From: an uncultured delta proteobacterium
GTDB lineage: Bacteria; Desulfobacterota; Binatia; Bin18
Direction: 5' to 3'
Length of the DNA stretch: 64,000 bases
Assembly: GCA_963733195.1 (NCBI GenBank)
Contig: CAVTCR010000057.1
Coordinates: forward strand, 2,589 to 66,588
Shown here: positions 19,660-28,276 of the stretch, in pieces
Numbering within the stretch: position 1 is the first letter of the stretch
How the letters are laid out: the number at the start of each line of letters is the position of its first letter
Notes under the pieces: model-generated
Databases searched by the model: none
What the model saw: only the letters and a program-made list of their open reading frames with translations
What the model was told of the DNA's origin: nothing
Position numbers and translations under genes: made by a program

Positions 19660-20460
19660 TTAGTATCCCGCCTCCTTAGCTTTGACCAGGTTTACCTGCC
19701 GGAGCCCCCGGATTACGCCGACGCCGATAAACGTGCCGACGGCGGTGAGCCCCAGGCGTTCGAGCGGGATCAGCGGGGCTAGGACAACCCACACCTCGGC
19801 TGGCCAACCAATGCGAACATACTCGACCGTTGCGTTCACCGTATTGACCGCGGTGGTTGCAACGTAAGTAATGAACGCCAACCCAGCAACCGGCCTGGGT
19901 CCGCGGAGCCAGCGGATGGCCAGGACGCGAAGCGGAGAGACCCATAACAAGAGCGCGAGCCAATTGGCCGCAGTGGTGACCAAGGCGAGGCGCAGAGAGA
20001 CATCGAGTGTAAGTGCTCGACCAACATACGCAGCATAACAGAAAGCGCAGAAAATCCAGGGCGCAATCCACCTTTTTCCTGGCCGGCACATCGTGCCAGC
20101 GGCGATGGGTCCGATCACCGCGCAGCAGGCCGAGAGCACCCCGCTGCCAGCAGTATGTGGAGCGAATCCCACGCCGATCAGACGGCCAACCAAAACTGTC
20201 ACTGCACCAGCGCTCGGCCCTAAGACCACCCCCACCAGCGCGAACAGCGCCTCACTGAGGGGAAAGGTCCCGCCACCAGTCCCTAACACGATCGAGAAGG
20301 GGATGAGGGAAAGCCCTGCGACTACTGCGGCGAGCATCGCGACATAGGCGACTGGCGCACCGGCAATAGTTGCCCGGCTGTGGATGCGCACCTCACGCCG
20401 TGGACCAGTCGGGGGCTCAAGATCGTTCTCTCGCTCTATAGTGTCTGACATACGGCTCAT
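19660..20460 (-). CDS. Probable ECF transporter substrate-specific S component
   Basis: 266 aa polytopic membrane protein at the head of the EcfA-EcfA-EcfT module. Substrate unknown. Confidence 0.5.
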   Translation of the reverse strand: MSRMSDTIERENDLEPPTGPRREVRIHSRATIAGAPVAYVAMLAAVVAGLSLIPFSIVLGTGGGTFPLSEALFALVGVVLGPSAGAVTVLVGRLIGVGFAPHTAGSGVLSACCAVIGPIAAGTMCRPGKRWIAPWIFCAFCYAAYVGRALTLDVSLRLALVTTAANWLALLLWVSPLRVLAIRWLRGPRPVAGLAFITYVATTAVNTVNATVEYVRIGWPAEVWVVLAPLIPLERLGLTAVGTFIGVGVIRGLRQVNLVKAKEAGY

Positions 20461-20640
20461 TTACTATGCTCGCTCTAGGGCGTTTGGCAAATGGCTTATA
20501 ACAGACAGCTCGCTCGTTTCACTCGCTCTATGGCAGATGGCTTATGGCAAGATCCTCTGACCATAAAGCGAACGCGGTGAGCGGGCTATAGAGCGAAGCG
20601 GGCTATCAACCTTAAGCCATATACCGACGGACTCGTAACA

Positions 20641-20670
20641 TTGACATCCACTCCACTCTGGCAGGATAAT
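20641..20670 (+). promoter_or_regulatory. sigma70-like promoter of cyclase paralog 2 (TTGACA-N18-GATAAT)
   Basis: TTGACA 20641-20646, spacer ending CAGCAG, GATAAT 20665-20670, AAGGATAAG ribosome-binding site (RBS), ATG at 20692. Confidence 0.5.
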
Positions 20671-20691
20671 CGCCCGCGGTAAAGGATAAGT

Positions 20692-22637
20692 ATGGAGCGC
20701 AAACTCACTGCCATTCTCAGTGCCGATGTCAAAGGCTACAGCCGCCTCATGGGCGAGGATGAGGAGGCCACCATCCGCACCCTCACGGCCTATCGGCGAA
20801 GTGATGACTACGCTGATCCAGCCAGCATCGCGGCCGGGTCGTCGACTCGCCCGGCGATAACATGCTGGCCGAGTTCGCCAGCGTGGTGGATGCCGTGCAA
20901 TGCGCAGTCGAAATCCAACAAGACGCTCAAAGTCAGAAAATGCGGAGTTGCCGACCGATCGCAAGATGGAGTTTCGCATCGGCATCAACTTGGGCGATGT
21001 GCTTAGTCGAGGGCGAGCGGCTCTATGGGGACGGGGTCAACATCGCCGCACGGTTAGAAGGCTTAGCCGAGCCGGGCGGCATTTGCATCTCGGGCACGGT
21101 GCACGAACAAGTCAAGAACAAGCTGGCCTTGCAGCTACGAAGATCTGGGCGAACAGCAGGTCAAGAACATCGCCGAGCCGGTGCGGGTGTGGCGGGTACG
21201 ATGGGAGACGGCAATCAAAGGCAGAGGACTCGGCAAATCAAAAGGCAAAAGGCACAAGGGCAAAAGACAGAAAAAGTTGTCAGTCGTCAGTTCTCAGTTG
21301 TCAGTCCCCAGCCCCCACGCCGAAGCCGAATCGCACTGATTATCATAGGACTTCTCATTGCTGTCGGGGTCTTGGCCTTCTCGTTTCTTTCCCCATTCAT
21401 CACTCATCATTCATCACTCATCACTCAGGAGGCGCAGCCTCCGTCGCTGCCCTTGCCCGACAAACCCTCCATCGTCGTGCTGCCCTTCGTCAACATGAGC
21501 GAAGATCCCAAGCAGGAGTATTTCAGCGACGGGCTCACCGAGGACCTCACCTCCGCTCTCTCGAAGATCTCCAGCCTGTTCGTCATCGCTCGCAACTCGG
21601 CCTTCACCTACAAAGGCAAAGCGGTGAAAGTGCAAGACGTGAGCAAGGAGTTGGGCGTGCGGTATGTGCTGGAAGGCAGTGTGCGCAAGGCTGACAACCA
21701 GGTGCGGATCACGGCGCAGTTGATCGATGCCACCACCGGCGGTCACTTGTGGTCCGAGCGTTACGACCGCCCCCTACAGGACATCTTTGCCCTGCAAGAT
21801 GAGGTCGTACAGAAGATCGTGACGACGCTGAAACTCCAGCTCACGTTGCAGGAGCAAGGGATTCTGGTGCGCAAGACCACGGACAACCTGGAGGCCTATG
21901 ACTACTACTTGCGCGGGAGGGAGCATTTTAATCGCTTCACGCAAGAGGCCAATGCGCAGGCCCGGCAGATGTTTGAGAAAGCCCTTGAGCTGGACCCACA
22001 GTATGCGGAGGCGTACGCCTTCCTGGGTTGGACCTACTTTAGGGAGTGGGGCTTGCAATGGAGTCAGGACCCCCAGACCCTGGAGCAGGCGTTTGCGCTG
22101 GCGCAAAAGGCCGTGGCCCTGGATGACTCCCTACCCCAGGCCCACGTGGTATTGGGCGCTGTCTATCTGTGGAAAAAGCAGCATGACCAGGCCATCGCCG
22201 AGGCAGAGCGGGCCATTGCCCTCGATCCCAACTATCGCTGAGGCTATGCGTGGCTGGGGGAGATCTGAACTGTGCGGGGCGGCCGGAGGAAGCCATCGGG
22301 TTGATAGAGAAGGCGATGCGCCTCAACCCCCATTATCCGCCTTTCTACTTATTCTTCTTAGGCGAGGCCTACCGCTTGACGGGGCGGTATGAGGAGGCGA
22401 TTGCAGCTTACAAGAGAGCCCTCACCCGCAACCCCGATTTTCTGCCTGCCCACCTTACCTGGCTGCCATCTACAGTGAGTTGGGCCGGGAGGAGGAGGCC
22501 CGGGCGGAGGTGGCAGAAGTCCTGCGGATCAAGTCCCAAGTTCTCTCTGGAGGTTTTGAGGCAGAGGCTCGCCCTATAAAGATCCAGCGGTATTAGAGCG
22601 CATTCTTGCCGCCCTGCGCAAGGCGGGGCTGAAGTAA
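20692..22637 (+). pseudogene. Cyclase family paralog 2: class III cyclase - TM - TolB-N-like - TPR; frameshifted in the cyclase domain and the C-terminal TPR
   Basis: ORFs 20692..21006, 20862..22241 and 22250..22579. MERKLTAILSADVKGYSRLMGEDEEATIRTL. TM plus LPLPDKPSIVVLPFVNMSEDPKQEYFSDGLTEDL...RYVLEGSVRKADNQVRITAQLIDATTGGHLWSERYDRPL. Conserved ...LAALRKAGLK stop. Confidence 0.7.
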
Positions 22638-22765
22638 ATGAAGAATGAAAAATGGAGAGTGAAGACTGGGAAGAGAGGCTTAAGGCTGAAGGCTAAAGGG
22701 AGGAGGAAATGAAGAATGAAGAGTAAGAAGAGAGGAATGAGTACTGAGTGACGAGAGACAGGATA
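22638..22765. repeat. GA-rich repeat copy
   Basis: ATGAAGAATGAAAAATGGAGAGTGAAGACTGGGAAGAGAGGCTTAAGGCTGAAGGCTAAAGGG...GGAATGAGTACTGAGTGA. Confidence 0.5.
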
Positions 22766-22862
22766 TACGTGCTGTGTTGGTTGACACTAGCGCCTAGGGT
22801 GCGCCTGAAGATAGAAGCAACAGCAGCCATGCTGCAGCCAACCGCTCAAGAAGGAGGGCGCT

Positions 22863-23255
22863 ATGGCCCAGAAAGAGATTGAAGTAATTCTTACCCGGCA
22901 ACTCGCAAGTTATCTTGCCATGCCGATCATCATCATTGACTCTGCGGGAACCCTCCTCTTCTATAATGAGCCGGCCGAGGGGATTCTGGGGAGGCGGTTC
23001 GAGGAAACAGGGGAACTCTCTGCAGACGAATGGGCGCAGACCCTCGTGGCTACAGATGAACAAGGTACGCCGCTTGCGCCGGATACGCGGCCGCTTCTGA
23101 TTGCTCTGACCGAGAAGCGGCCGACGCACTGCGATATGTGGCTCCAAGGGCTGGATCACGTGCGCCGGCACATCGAGGTTACCGCCTTTCCGTTGATCGG
23201 TCAGGCCGGAGGTCATCTGGGAGCAGTCGGAATTTTCTGGGAGGTAGAAAAATGA
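22863..23255 (+). CDS. PAS domain protein
   Basis: 130 aa with PAS-fold-like composition (IIDSAGTLLFYNEPAEGILG...). RBS AAGGAGGG. Confidence 0.55.
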   Translation: MAQKEIEVILTRQLASYLAMPIIIIDSAGTLLFYNEPAEGILGRRFEETGELSADEWAQTLVATDEQGTPLAPDTRPLLIALTEKRPTHCDMWLQGLDHVRRHIEVTAFPLIGQAGGHLGAVGIFWEVEK

Positions 23256-24106
23256 AAGTTACCCTGTGGGGCACTCGTGGCTCGGTGGCAGCACCGGGCG
23301 CAGAAACGGCACGATATGGCGGTAACACTGCCTGTGTGGAGGTGCGTGGGGCGGACGACACTGTGCTCATTCTTGATGCCGGCACCGGTATCCGCCGGCT
23401 GGGCACCACGCTCTCGCCCTCTGTACGGCGAGTGAACATTTTGTTGACCCACTTACATATGGATCACCTCCAAGGGTTAGGGTTCTTTGCTCCTTTGTAT
23501 AACCCCGCGGTCGAAGTCCACATCTGGGGACCAGCGAGTCCAACCCTCAGTCTCGAGAAACGCTTGATGCGCTACCTCTCCCCCCCGCTCTTTCCCGTGC
23601 GGCTGCGGGAGTTGCCCTGCCGTTTGTTCCTGCATGAAGTGCCCTGCAAGGACTTTGACGTTGGAGAGTTTCATATCTCTTCTTCCCTTATCTGCCACCC
23701 TGGCCCCACCGTCGGCTACCGGATTACGACGGCTCGTGCCAAGTTCGCCTACCTTACCGATCACGAGCCGACACTTGGGGTACCGAGGTTTCCCTTGGCT
23801 AGTGAGTGGACTTCCGGGTACGCCCTTGCAGCCAATGTGAACCTGCTTATCCATGATGCTCAGTACAGTAACAAGGAATACACCAATTGTGTTGGTTGGG
23901 GTCATAGTACCATGCAGGACGCTATTGCCTTCGCTGCCCTCGCTGCTGCGAAACACTTGGTACTGTTCCACCATGATCCTACTCACACAGATGAGGATCT
24001 CGATCGGCTGACCGCTGAGGCGATAGCTGTAGCGCAGCCTACCTTTCCTGTCACGTTGGGTGCAGAAGGCGCCGTGTTCGACTTGGGCTTTACAGACCGG
24101 GAATAA
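23252..24106 (+). CDS. MBL-fold metallo-hydrolase (HxHxDH = THLHMDH), possible phosphodiesterase
   Basis: Start is the ATG at 23252 after GGAGGTAGAAAA; the listed ORF 23138.. is an N-terminal over-extension. MKVTLWGTRGS...ILDAGTGI...LLTHLHMDHLQGL...GWGHS is the MBL signature. Confidence 0.8.
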   Translation: MKVTLWGTRGSVAAPGAETARYGGNTACVEVRGADDTVLILDAGTGIRRLGTTLSPSVRRVNILLTHLHMDHLQGLGFFAPLYNPAVEVHIWGPASPTLSLEKRLMRYLSPPLFPVRLRELPCRLFLHEVPCKDFDVGEFHISSSLICHPGPTVGYRITTARAKFAYLTDHEPTLGVPRFPLASEWTSGYALAANVNLLIHDAQYSNKEYTNCVGWGHSTMQDAIAFAALAAAKHLVLFHHDPTHTDEDLDRLTAEAIAVAQPTFPVTLGAEGAVFDLGFTDRE

Positions 24107-24107
24107 T

Positions 24108-24215
24108 GATGAATGAAAAATGAAGAGGGAAGAATAGGAAGGTAGGCTGAAGGCTGAAGGGGGAGGAAATGAAGAATGAAAAATGAAAGTGCAGAGGGAT
24201 GAGTAACCATTAGTT
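24108..24215. repeat. GA-rich repeat copy
   Basis: GATGAATGAAAAATGAAGAGGGAAGAATAGGAAGGTAGGCTGAAGGCTGAAGGGGGAGGAAATGAAGAATGAAAAATGAAAG. Confidence 0.5.
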
Positions 24216-24219
24216 ATCA

Positions 24220-24552
24220 GTGGTCAGATGGAAAGCGGCGTGCAAAAGAGTTGGTATCGAGCTTTCACGCATGTATCCTCGCATCTTGCAACAGATCCAA
24301 GCGTTCATAAGACAAGGAGCATACGTACTTTCTGTTCATGTGGAGAATGAGTTGGAAGACGACGGCTTTACGGATCAAGACCTTGAGACTGCGATTCTCA
24401 ATGGAGAGATTGTGCGGCGAGAGCGAGACAACATTGGCCGGCCCAAGTATGTCCTCGAAGGCACCGCCCTGGATGGACGCGGACTCACCGCCGTAGTGCA
24501 ACCATTCCAGATGCGTCAGCTCGTTGTTATTGTGACAGTCTATGAAACATAA
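24220..24552 (+). CDS. DUF4258-like putative toxin
   Basis: 110 aa, ends ...LVVIVTVYET, typical of DUF4258. Followed at -11 nt overlap by a zinc-ribbon protein. Confidence 0.55.
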   Translation: MVRWKAACKRVGIELSRMYPRILQQIQAFIRQGAYVLSVHVENELEDDGFTDQDLETAILNGEIVRRERDNIGRPKYVLEGTALDGRGLTAVVQPFQMRQLVVIVTVYET

Positions 24553-24817
24553 AAAGGTAGTAGATATGACAGGTGAGATATGCGTCCGATGCTGTGAAGG
24601 ACGCCTGGAAGCAACGCGGGGACGTGAATACTTTCGCTATGGCCAGTCCCTTGTCATTATCGAGGACGTTCCTGCTTGGGTGTGTAGAAAATGTGGCGAA
24701 CGGTATCACCACGCCCGCGTCTATAAGAAGATGCGGCAGATCGCTGCCCACAGTGATCAGCTCACCGAGCATGTGAGCATTCCTGTCGCGCGCTATCAGG
24801 AAGGTGAAGCTGCGTGA
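24542..24817 (+). CDS. YgiT/MqsA-type zinc-ribbon putative antitoxin
   Basis: CVRCCEG...VPAWVCRKCGE gives two CxxC pairs. Confidence 0.5.
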   Translation: MKHKKVVDMTGEICVRCCEGRLEATRGREYFRYGQSLVIIEDVPAWVCRKCGERYHHARVYKKMRQIAAHSDQLTEHVSIPVARYQEGEAA

Positions 24818-24856
24818 GCGGATAGGGGTATACCTATGTCACGTGTTCCGCTTTCG

Positions 24857-25774
24857 TCACTCAAGCCCCTCACGGAGCGGCACGTACGGCACACGCTCGG
24901 ACCACGGACGGTAGGAGTCGGCGTTCTCGCTCGTGATCAGGCGTCCGAGGGGAGCCAGGGCAAGTGCCCCTTCAAGCTGCTCGCCGTTGACCAGTACGCG
25001 TGAGACCAGTTCACCGACGGCAGCACCAATCTCGGTAATGTCGATATCCCATGTCCCGTGAGTGCGACCTGCCCGTACTGCTGCGACCGCTTGCGGACTG
25101 CCATTGCGTGACACCAACTTCATCTCTCCAGCGCGTCCCGCCTCGTCGATCGCCTCCAGTGTCCCCAACATGGTTTCATCGTTAAAGGGAATCAAGCCGT
25201 CCAGATGGGCGAAGTCCGCCAACACTCGACGCGCGGCCTCTCGTCCGCCTTCTTTGACATCCTCCCGGTTGCGGTGCCGATCGACAAAAGGATCGTTGAC
25301 GAGTTTGAGACCACTGCGTTGGACCCCATGGACAATACCAAGTACCAGTTCGATATCGTCGATCACCTCCGGACCGCCGATCACCGCCACGTCTGCCTGC
25401 GGGGGCAGGAGCGAGGCCAGGTACTCGGCCATGTACACGCCATGATTAAAATTCGGATACACCAACGACGCGTTGACCGGATATTGTGGTCGTTCCAAGG
25501 TGAACACAGGAATCCCGTGCTGTCGTGCGGCGGTAACTGCTTGCGCGGGTTGCGTTGGGTCCAGGACGTAGACGACAATTCCGTCTACCCCTGCATCAAT
25601 GCCGCGCTGGATTGCCGCGGTTTGCTTTTCGACCCAATCGGGCGAGCGTACGTCGGTCGTCAGCGTCCGTAGTTCAATCCCGGCTTGGCGTAGACGGTGA
25701 TCGAGGCCATGCGCCAGAGCATCAATTCCAGGGTGCGCACCGTACGGAAGGACATTGACATATAAGACTCGCAT
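24857..25774 (-). CDS. Type I periplasmic-binding-protein-fold (RbsB-like) sugar-binding domain protein without signal peptide
   Basis: 305 aa, RbsB-like pattern (...IPFNDETMLGTLEAIDEAGRAGEMKLVSRNGSPQAVAAVRAG...). N-terminus MRVLYVNVLPYG is not a signal peptide. Confidence 0.55.
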   Translation of the reverse strand: MRVLYVNVLPYGAHPGIDALAHGLDHRLRQAGIELRTLTTDVRSPDWVEKQTAAIQRGIDAGVDGIVVYVLDPTQPAQAVTAARQHGIPVFTLERPQYPVNASLVYPNFNHGVYMAEYLASLLPPQADVAVIGGPEVIDDIELVLGIVHGVQRSGLKLVNDPFVDRHRNREDVKEGGREAARRVLADFAHLDGLIPFNDETMLGTLEAIDEAGRAGEMKLVSRNGSPQAVAAVRAGRTHGTWDIDITEIGAAVGELVSRVLVNGEQLEGALALAPLGRLITSENADSYRPWSERVPYVPLREGLE

Positions 25775-25795
25775 ACTTTTCTTCCTTTGTTGACG

Positions 25796-26746
25796 TCAGA
25801 GCCCGATGGTGAGCGGCAACCACTGCACCCGTTCTGACCACGGACGCCAGGTGTGCAGATTGTCCAGCGTAATCATCCGTCCTACTGGGCTCATTACCAG
25901 AAACTCTTCGTATTGTTCTCTCTTTGTGAGGTGTCGCACGATTACCTCTCCCAGCGTGGTCCCGATGCCGGAGGCATCCAGATCCCAGGTGCCAGCGATC
26001 TTGCCTTGCCGAACGGCTTCAACCGCGGCTGGTGAACCATTGCGACAAACAATTTTCATCTCCTTGGCTCGCCCAGCCTCTTCGACGCATGCGAGTGCGC
26101 CATGCATGGTTTCATCATTGTATGGAATCAGTCCATCAATACGTGGGAACTCCGCGAGCAGCCGCGACATCGGTTCCCGTGCGCCAACCGCAATATCGGT
26201 GAGATTGCAGTACTGTGGCTGGGTCGGGTCATTGAGTAACTTACAGTGACTCTGCTGTAGAGCAAACACCAACCCGGCCACTTCTTCGGCATCGTCTACC
26301 GAGTGTGGTCCGCCAATGACGGCCACACCGCTGTTTGGAGCCAGGAGCGAGACGAGATGTTCAGCCATGAAAACACCCTGATTGAAGTTCGGATAGATCA
26401 CCGAGGCATTAACCGGGTAGTGCGGACGAACGAAGGTGAAGACTGGAATGCCAGCCGCACGAGCCTTGGCTACGGGTTCACGGAAAGCGGACGGGGTAAT
26501 GACGTAGATGACGATGGCATCAACTCGGGCAGTGATTCCTGCTGCAATCGCGTCTTCATATTGACGACGATAATCTGGAGCAGTGAAATCGGCAAAGAGC
26601 ACACGGAGTTCGATCTCTGCCGCATGAAGAGAATGTTGGAGCCCGTAGGCAATAGCATCAATGGCCGGATTTCCACCCAGCGCGAGCGGATTGATATAGA
26701 GTACACGCATGGCCATAAGCTCCTTCCTTTTCTTACGTCGCCACAA
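25796..26746 (-). CDS. Paralog of the preceding PBP-fold protein (tandem duplicate)
   Basis: 316 aa, roughly half identical to 24857..25774 (MRVLYINPLALGG...IPYNDETMHGALACVEEAGRAKEMKIVCRNGSPAAVEAVRQG). True start is probably the MAMRVL/MRVL Met near 26713. Confidence 0.55.
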   Translation of the reverse strand: MWRRKKRKELMAMRVLYINPLALGGNPAIDAIAYGLQHSLHAAEIELRVLFADFTAPDYRRQYEDAIAAGITARVDAIVIYVITPSAFREPVAKARAAGIPVFTFVRPHYPVNASVIYPNFNQGVFMAEHLVSLLAPNSGVAVIGGPHSVDDAEEVAGLVFALQQSHCKLLNDPTQPQYCNLTDIAVGAREPMSRLLAEFPRIDGLIPYNDETMHGALACVEEAGRAKEMKIVCRNGSPAAVEAVRQGKIAGTWDLDASGIGTTLGEVIVRHLTKREQYEEFLVMSPVGRMITLDNLHTWRPWSERVQWLPLTIGL

Positions 26747-26805
26747 ACTCCACCCGTAGCGGAGTACAGGTCGGGTGATTCAGTCGCTTACCGTCAATTT
26801 CTTGA

Positions 26806-27339
26806 TCAAACGGACACGCCGAGATGGCGACGAGACAATCCATCAAAGCTTTCAGGGCAATATACTCCCCCGCCTGGCCGCGGCGGGCTGGTAATTAATC
26901 GTGCCGTCCGCCTTCGGTCGCGTATTTTGAAACAGATTGACTGGGTCGGGATATCGAGATACCCCAGTCCATACGGAGTGACTGCCTGTGTGAGATTATC
27001 GCGGCAGTTGCGATGTGTCGGATCGCCCGCCGTGGCGGCATAGAGGGCGCTGCTGCACGGAGCAAACTGCAAATCATGCACGCCCTTGGCCAAATCTTCG
27101 ACAATCTCAAACATGGGGTTTTGCAGATTGGAGTAGAACTTACTCCCGACCGTCAAGTGGATGGAGCCGCTCCCTGCCAGGGAGTTGAAGTTCACGGTCT
27201 CACCCGTGGAGAGTTTCTCCCGCGGTTGATGCAGGTTGAAACAAACGAAGTCACCGATCTGGTGTCCCTCGACGTCAATGACCTTGATCGTCTCACCCCG
27301 TCGGACTACAAACGCAGCTCCTTCAGTAGCGGGAATCAC
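26806..27339 (-). CDS. DUF1989-like (urea-carboxylase-associated family) protein, C-terminus possibly disrupted
   Basis: FVVRRGETIKVIDVEGHQIGDFVCFN...EKLSTGET pattern. The C-terminal 40 aa are low-complexity and look out of frame. Confidence 0.5.
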   Translation of the reverse strand: MIPATEGAAFVVRRGETIKVIDVEGHQIGDFVCFNLHQPREKLSTGETVNFNSLAGSGSIHLTVGSKFYSNLQNPMFEIVEDLAKGVHDLQFAPCSSALYAATAGDPTHRNCRDNLTQAVTPYGLGYLDIPTQSICFKIRDRRRTARLITSPPRPGGGVYCPESFDGLSRRHLGVSV

Positions 27340-27410
27340 TAGATGTTGTTCTCTCGGGCATGGTACTGTCCTCCTCTGGCGTTTCTATGGGCGATGCTTC
27401 TGGATCCCTC

Positions 27411-27486
27411 GTGCTCAGGCTCTGCCTGGGCACGAGAAGACGTCATTCGACACTTTTTCCCTCGGTCCTAGGCTCTGCCTAGGACC
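27411..27486. repeat. REP hairpin pair downstream of the RAYT gene
   Basis: GTGCTCAGGCTCTGCCTGGGCACG (27411-27434) and GGTCCTAGGCTCTGCCTAGGACC (27464-27486). Each is an imperfect palindrome. Confidence 0.65.
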
Positions 27487-27522
27487 GCACTGTCTGACGG
27501 TCTCTTTTCACCTTTTGCCTCA

Positions 27523-28056
27523 TTACCAATCTGTCACTACGTCGATCAGTCCTTTTTCTCCCGCGTACGTCCGCGCGCTGGAGTAACGCCAATGTACGGG
27601 GTCATCCACGTAGCCACGTCGTACCGGGTTTGCGTGCATATACTCCAGCTTCTGTCTCATCATTTCCTCGTTCTGGATCTGTTGAGGATGACTTCCCTCT
27701 TGCCAGAGTTGAAATGTCTGGTCGGTCTTATGGCGCAGTTTGAAAAACCGGAGTTCTTCACGCAATGTAGAGAACCCTTCTTGTGCGAGTCTATCAATGA
27801 TCCGGCGCGCGGTGTAGGACTTGAATCGGCCTACGTACTCGGAGAGACCGTCCGCCGCGGCAATCCAATGCAGGTGGTTCTCGAGAATCACGTACCCGAA
27901 GATGCGCACCCCTCGTTCCCGCTGAAGGAACCGCCACGACTCTAAGACGATCTCGACACATTGCGGATGGGCGAAGACCGGAAGCCACGCGACTACGGTG
28001 CAGGTGAGAAAATACGGGGACTCTTCTGTGAAGATGCGGTAGCGGGTACGTGACAT
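27523..28056 (-). CDS. REP-associated tyrosine transposase (RAYT; IS200/IS605-like Y1 HUH transposase)
   Basis: 177 aa. HUH motif (ILENHLHWIAA) and catalytic Tyr region (HWRYSSARTY). Flanked on both sides by REP hairpin pairs. Confidence 0.8.
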   Translation of the reverse strand: MSRTRYRIFTEESPYFLTCTVVAWLPVFAHPQCVEIVLESWRFLQRERGVRIFGYVILENHLHWIAAADGLSEYVGRFKSYTARRIIDRLAQEGFSTLREELRFFKLRHKTDQTFQLWQEGSHPQQIQNEEMMRQKLEYMHANPVRRGYVDDPVHWRYSSARTYAGEKGLIDVVTDW

Positions 28057-28079
28057 CGGGTGTATTTCCTAGCGAGGCA

Positions 28080-28173
28080 GAGCTTAGCAAACATTGCGCT
28101 CCCAGGCGGAGCCTGGGAACGAGATGAACGAGAGGAATCACTGGTGGAGGCAAGTGACTACTACCTTTGTTCC
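28080..28173. repeat. REP hairpin pair upstream of the RAYT gene
   Basis: GCTCCCAGGCGGAGCCTGGGAACG (28080-28103) and GTTCCCAGGCTCAGCCTGAGAAC (28151-28173). Confidence 0.65.
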
Positions 28174-28209
28174 CAGGCTCAGCCTGAGAACAAGATGATA
28201 TAGTGACGG

Positions 28210-28239
28210 TTGACAGCTCGGCAACACCAGCAGAATAAT
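28210..28239 (+). promoter_or_regulatory. sigma70-like promoter of cyclase paralog 3 (TTGACA-N18-AATAAT)
   Basis: TTGACA 28210-28215, spacer ending CAGCAG, AATAAT 28234-28239. ATG at 28277. Confidence 0.45.
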
Positions 28240-28276
28240 CCAGATCTATGCAGGACAACCCCACCAGCAAGAGGGT

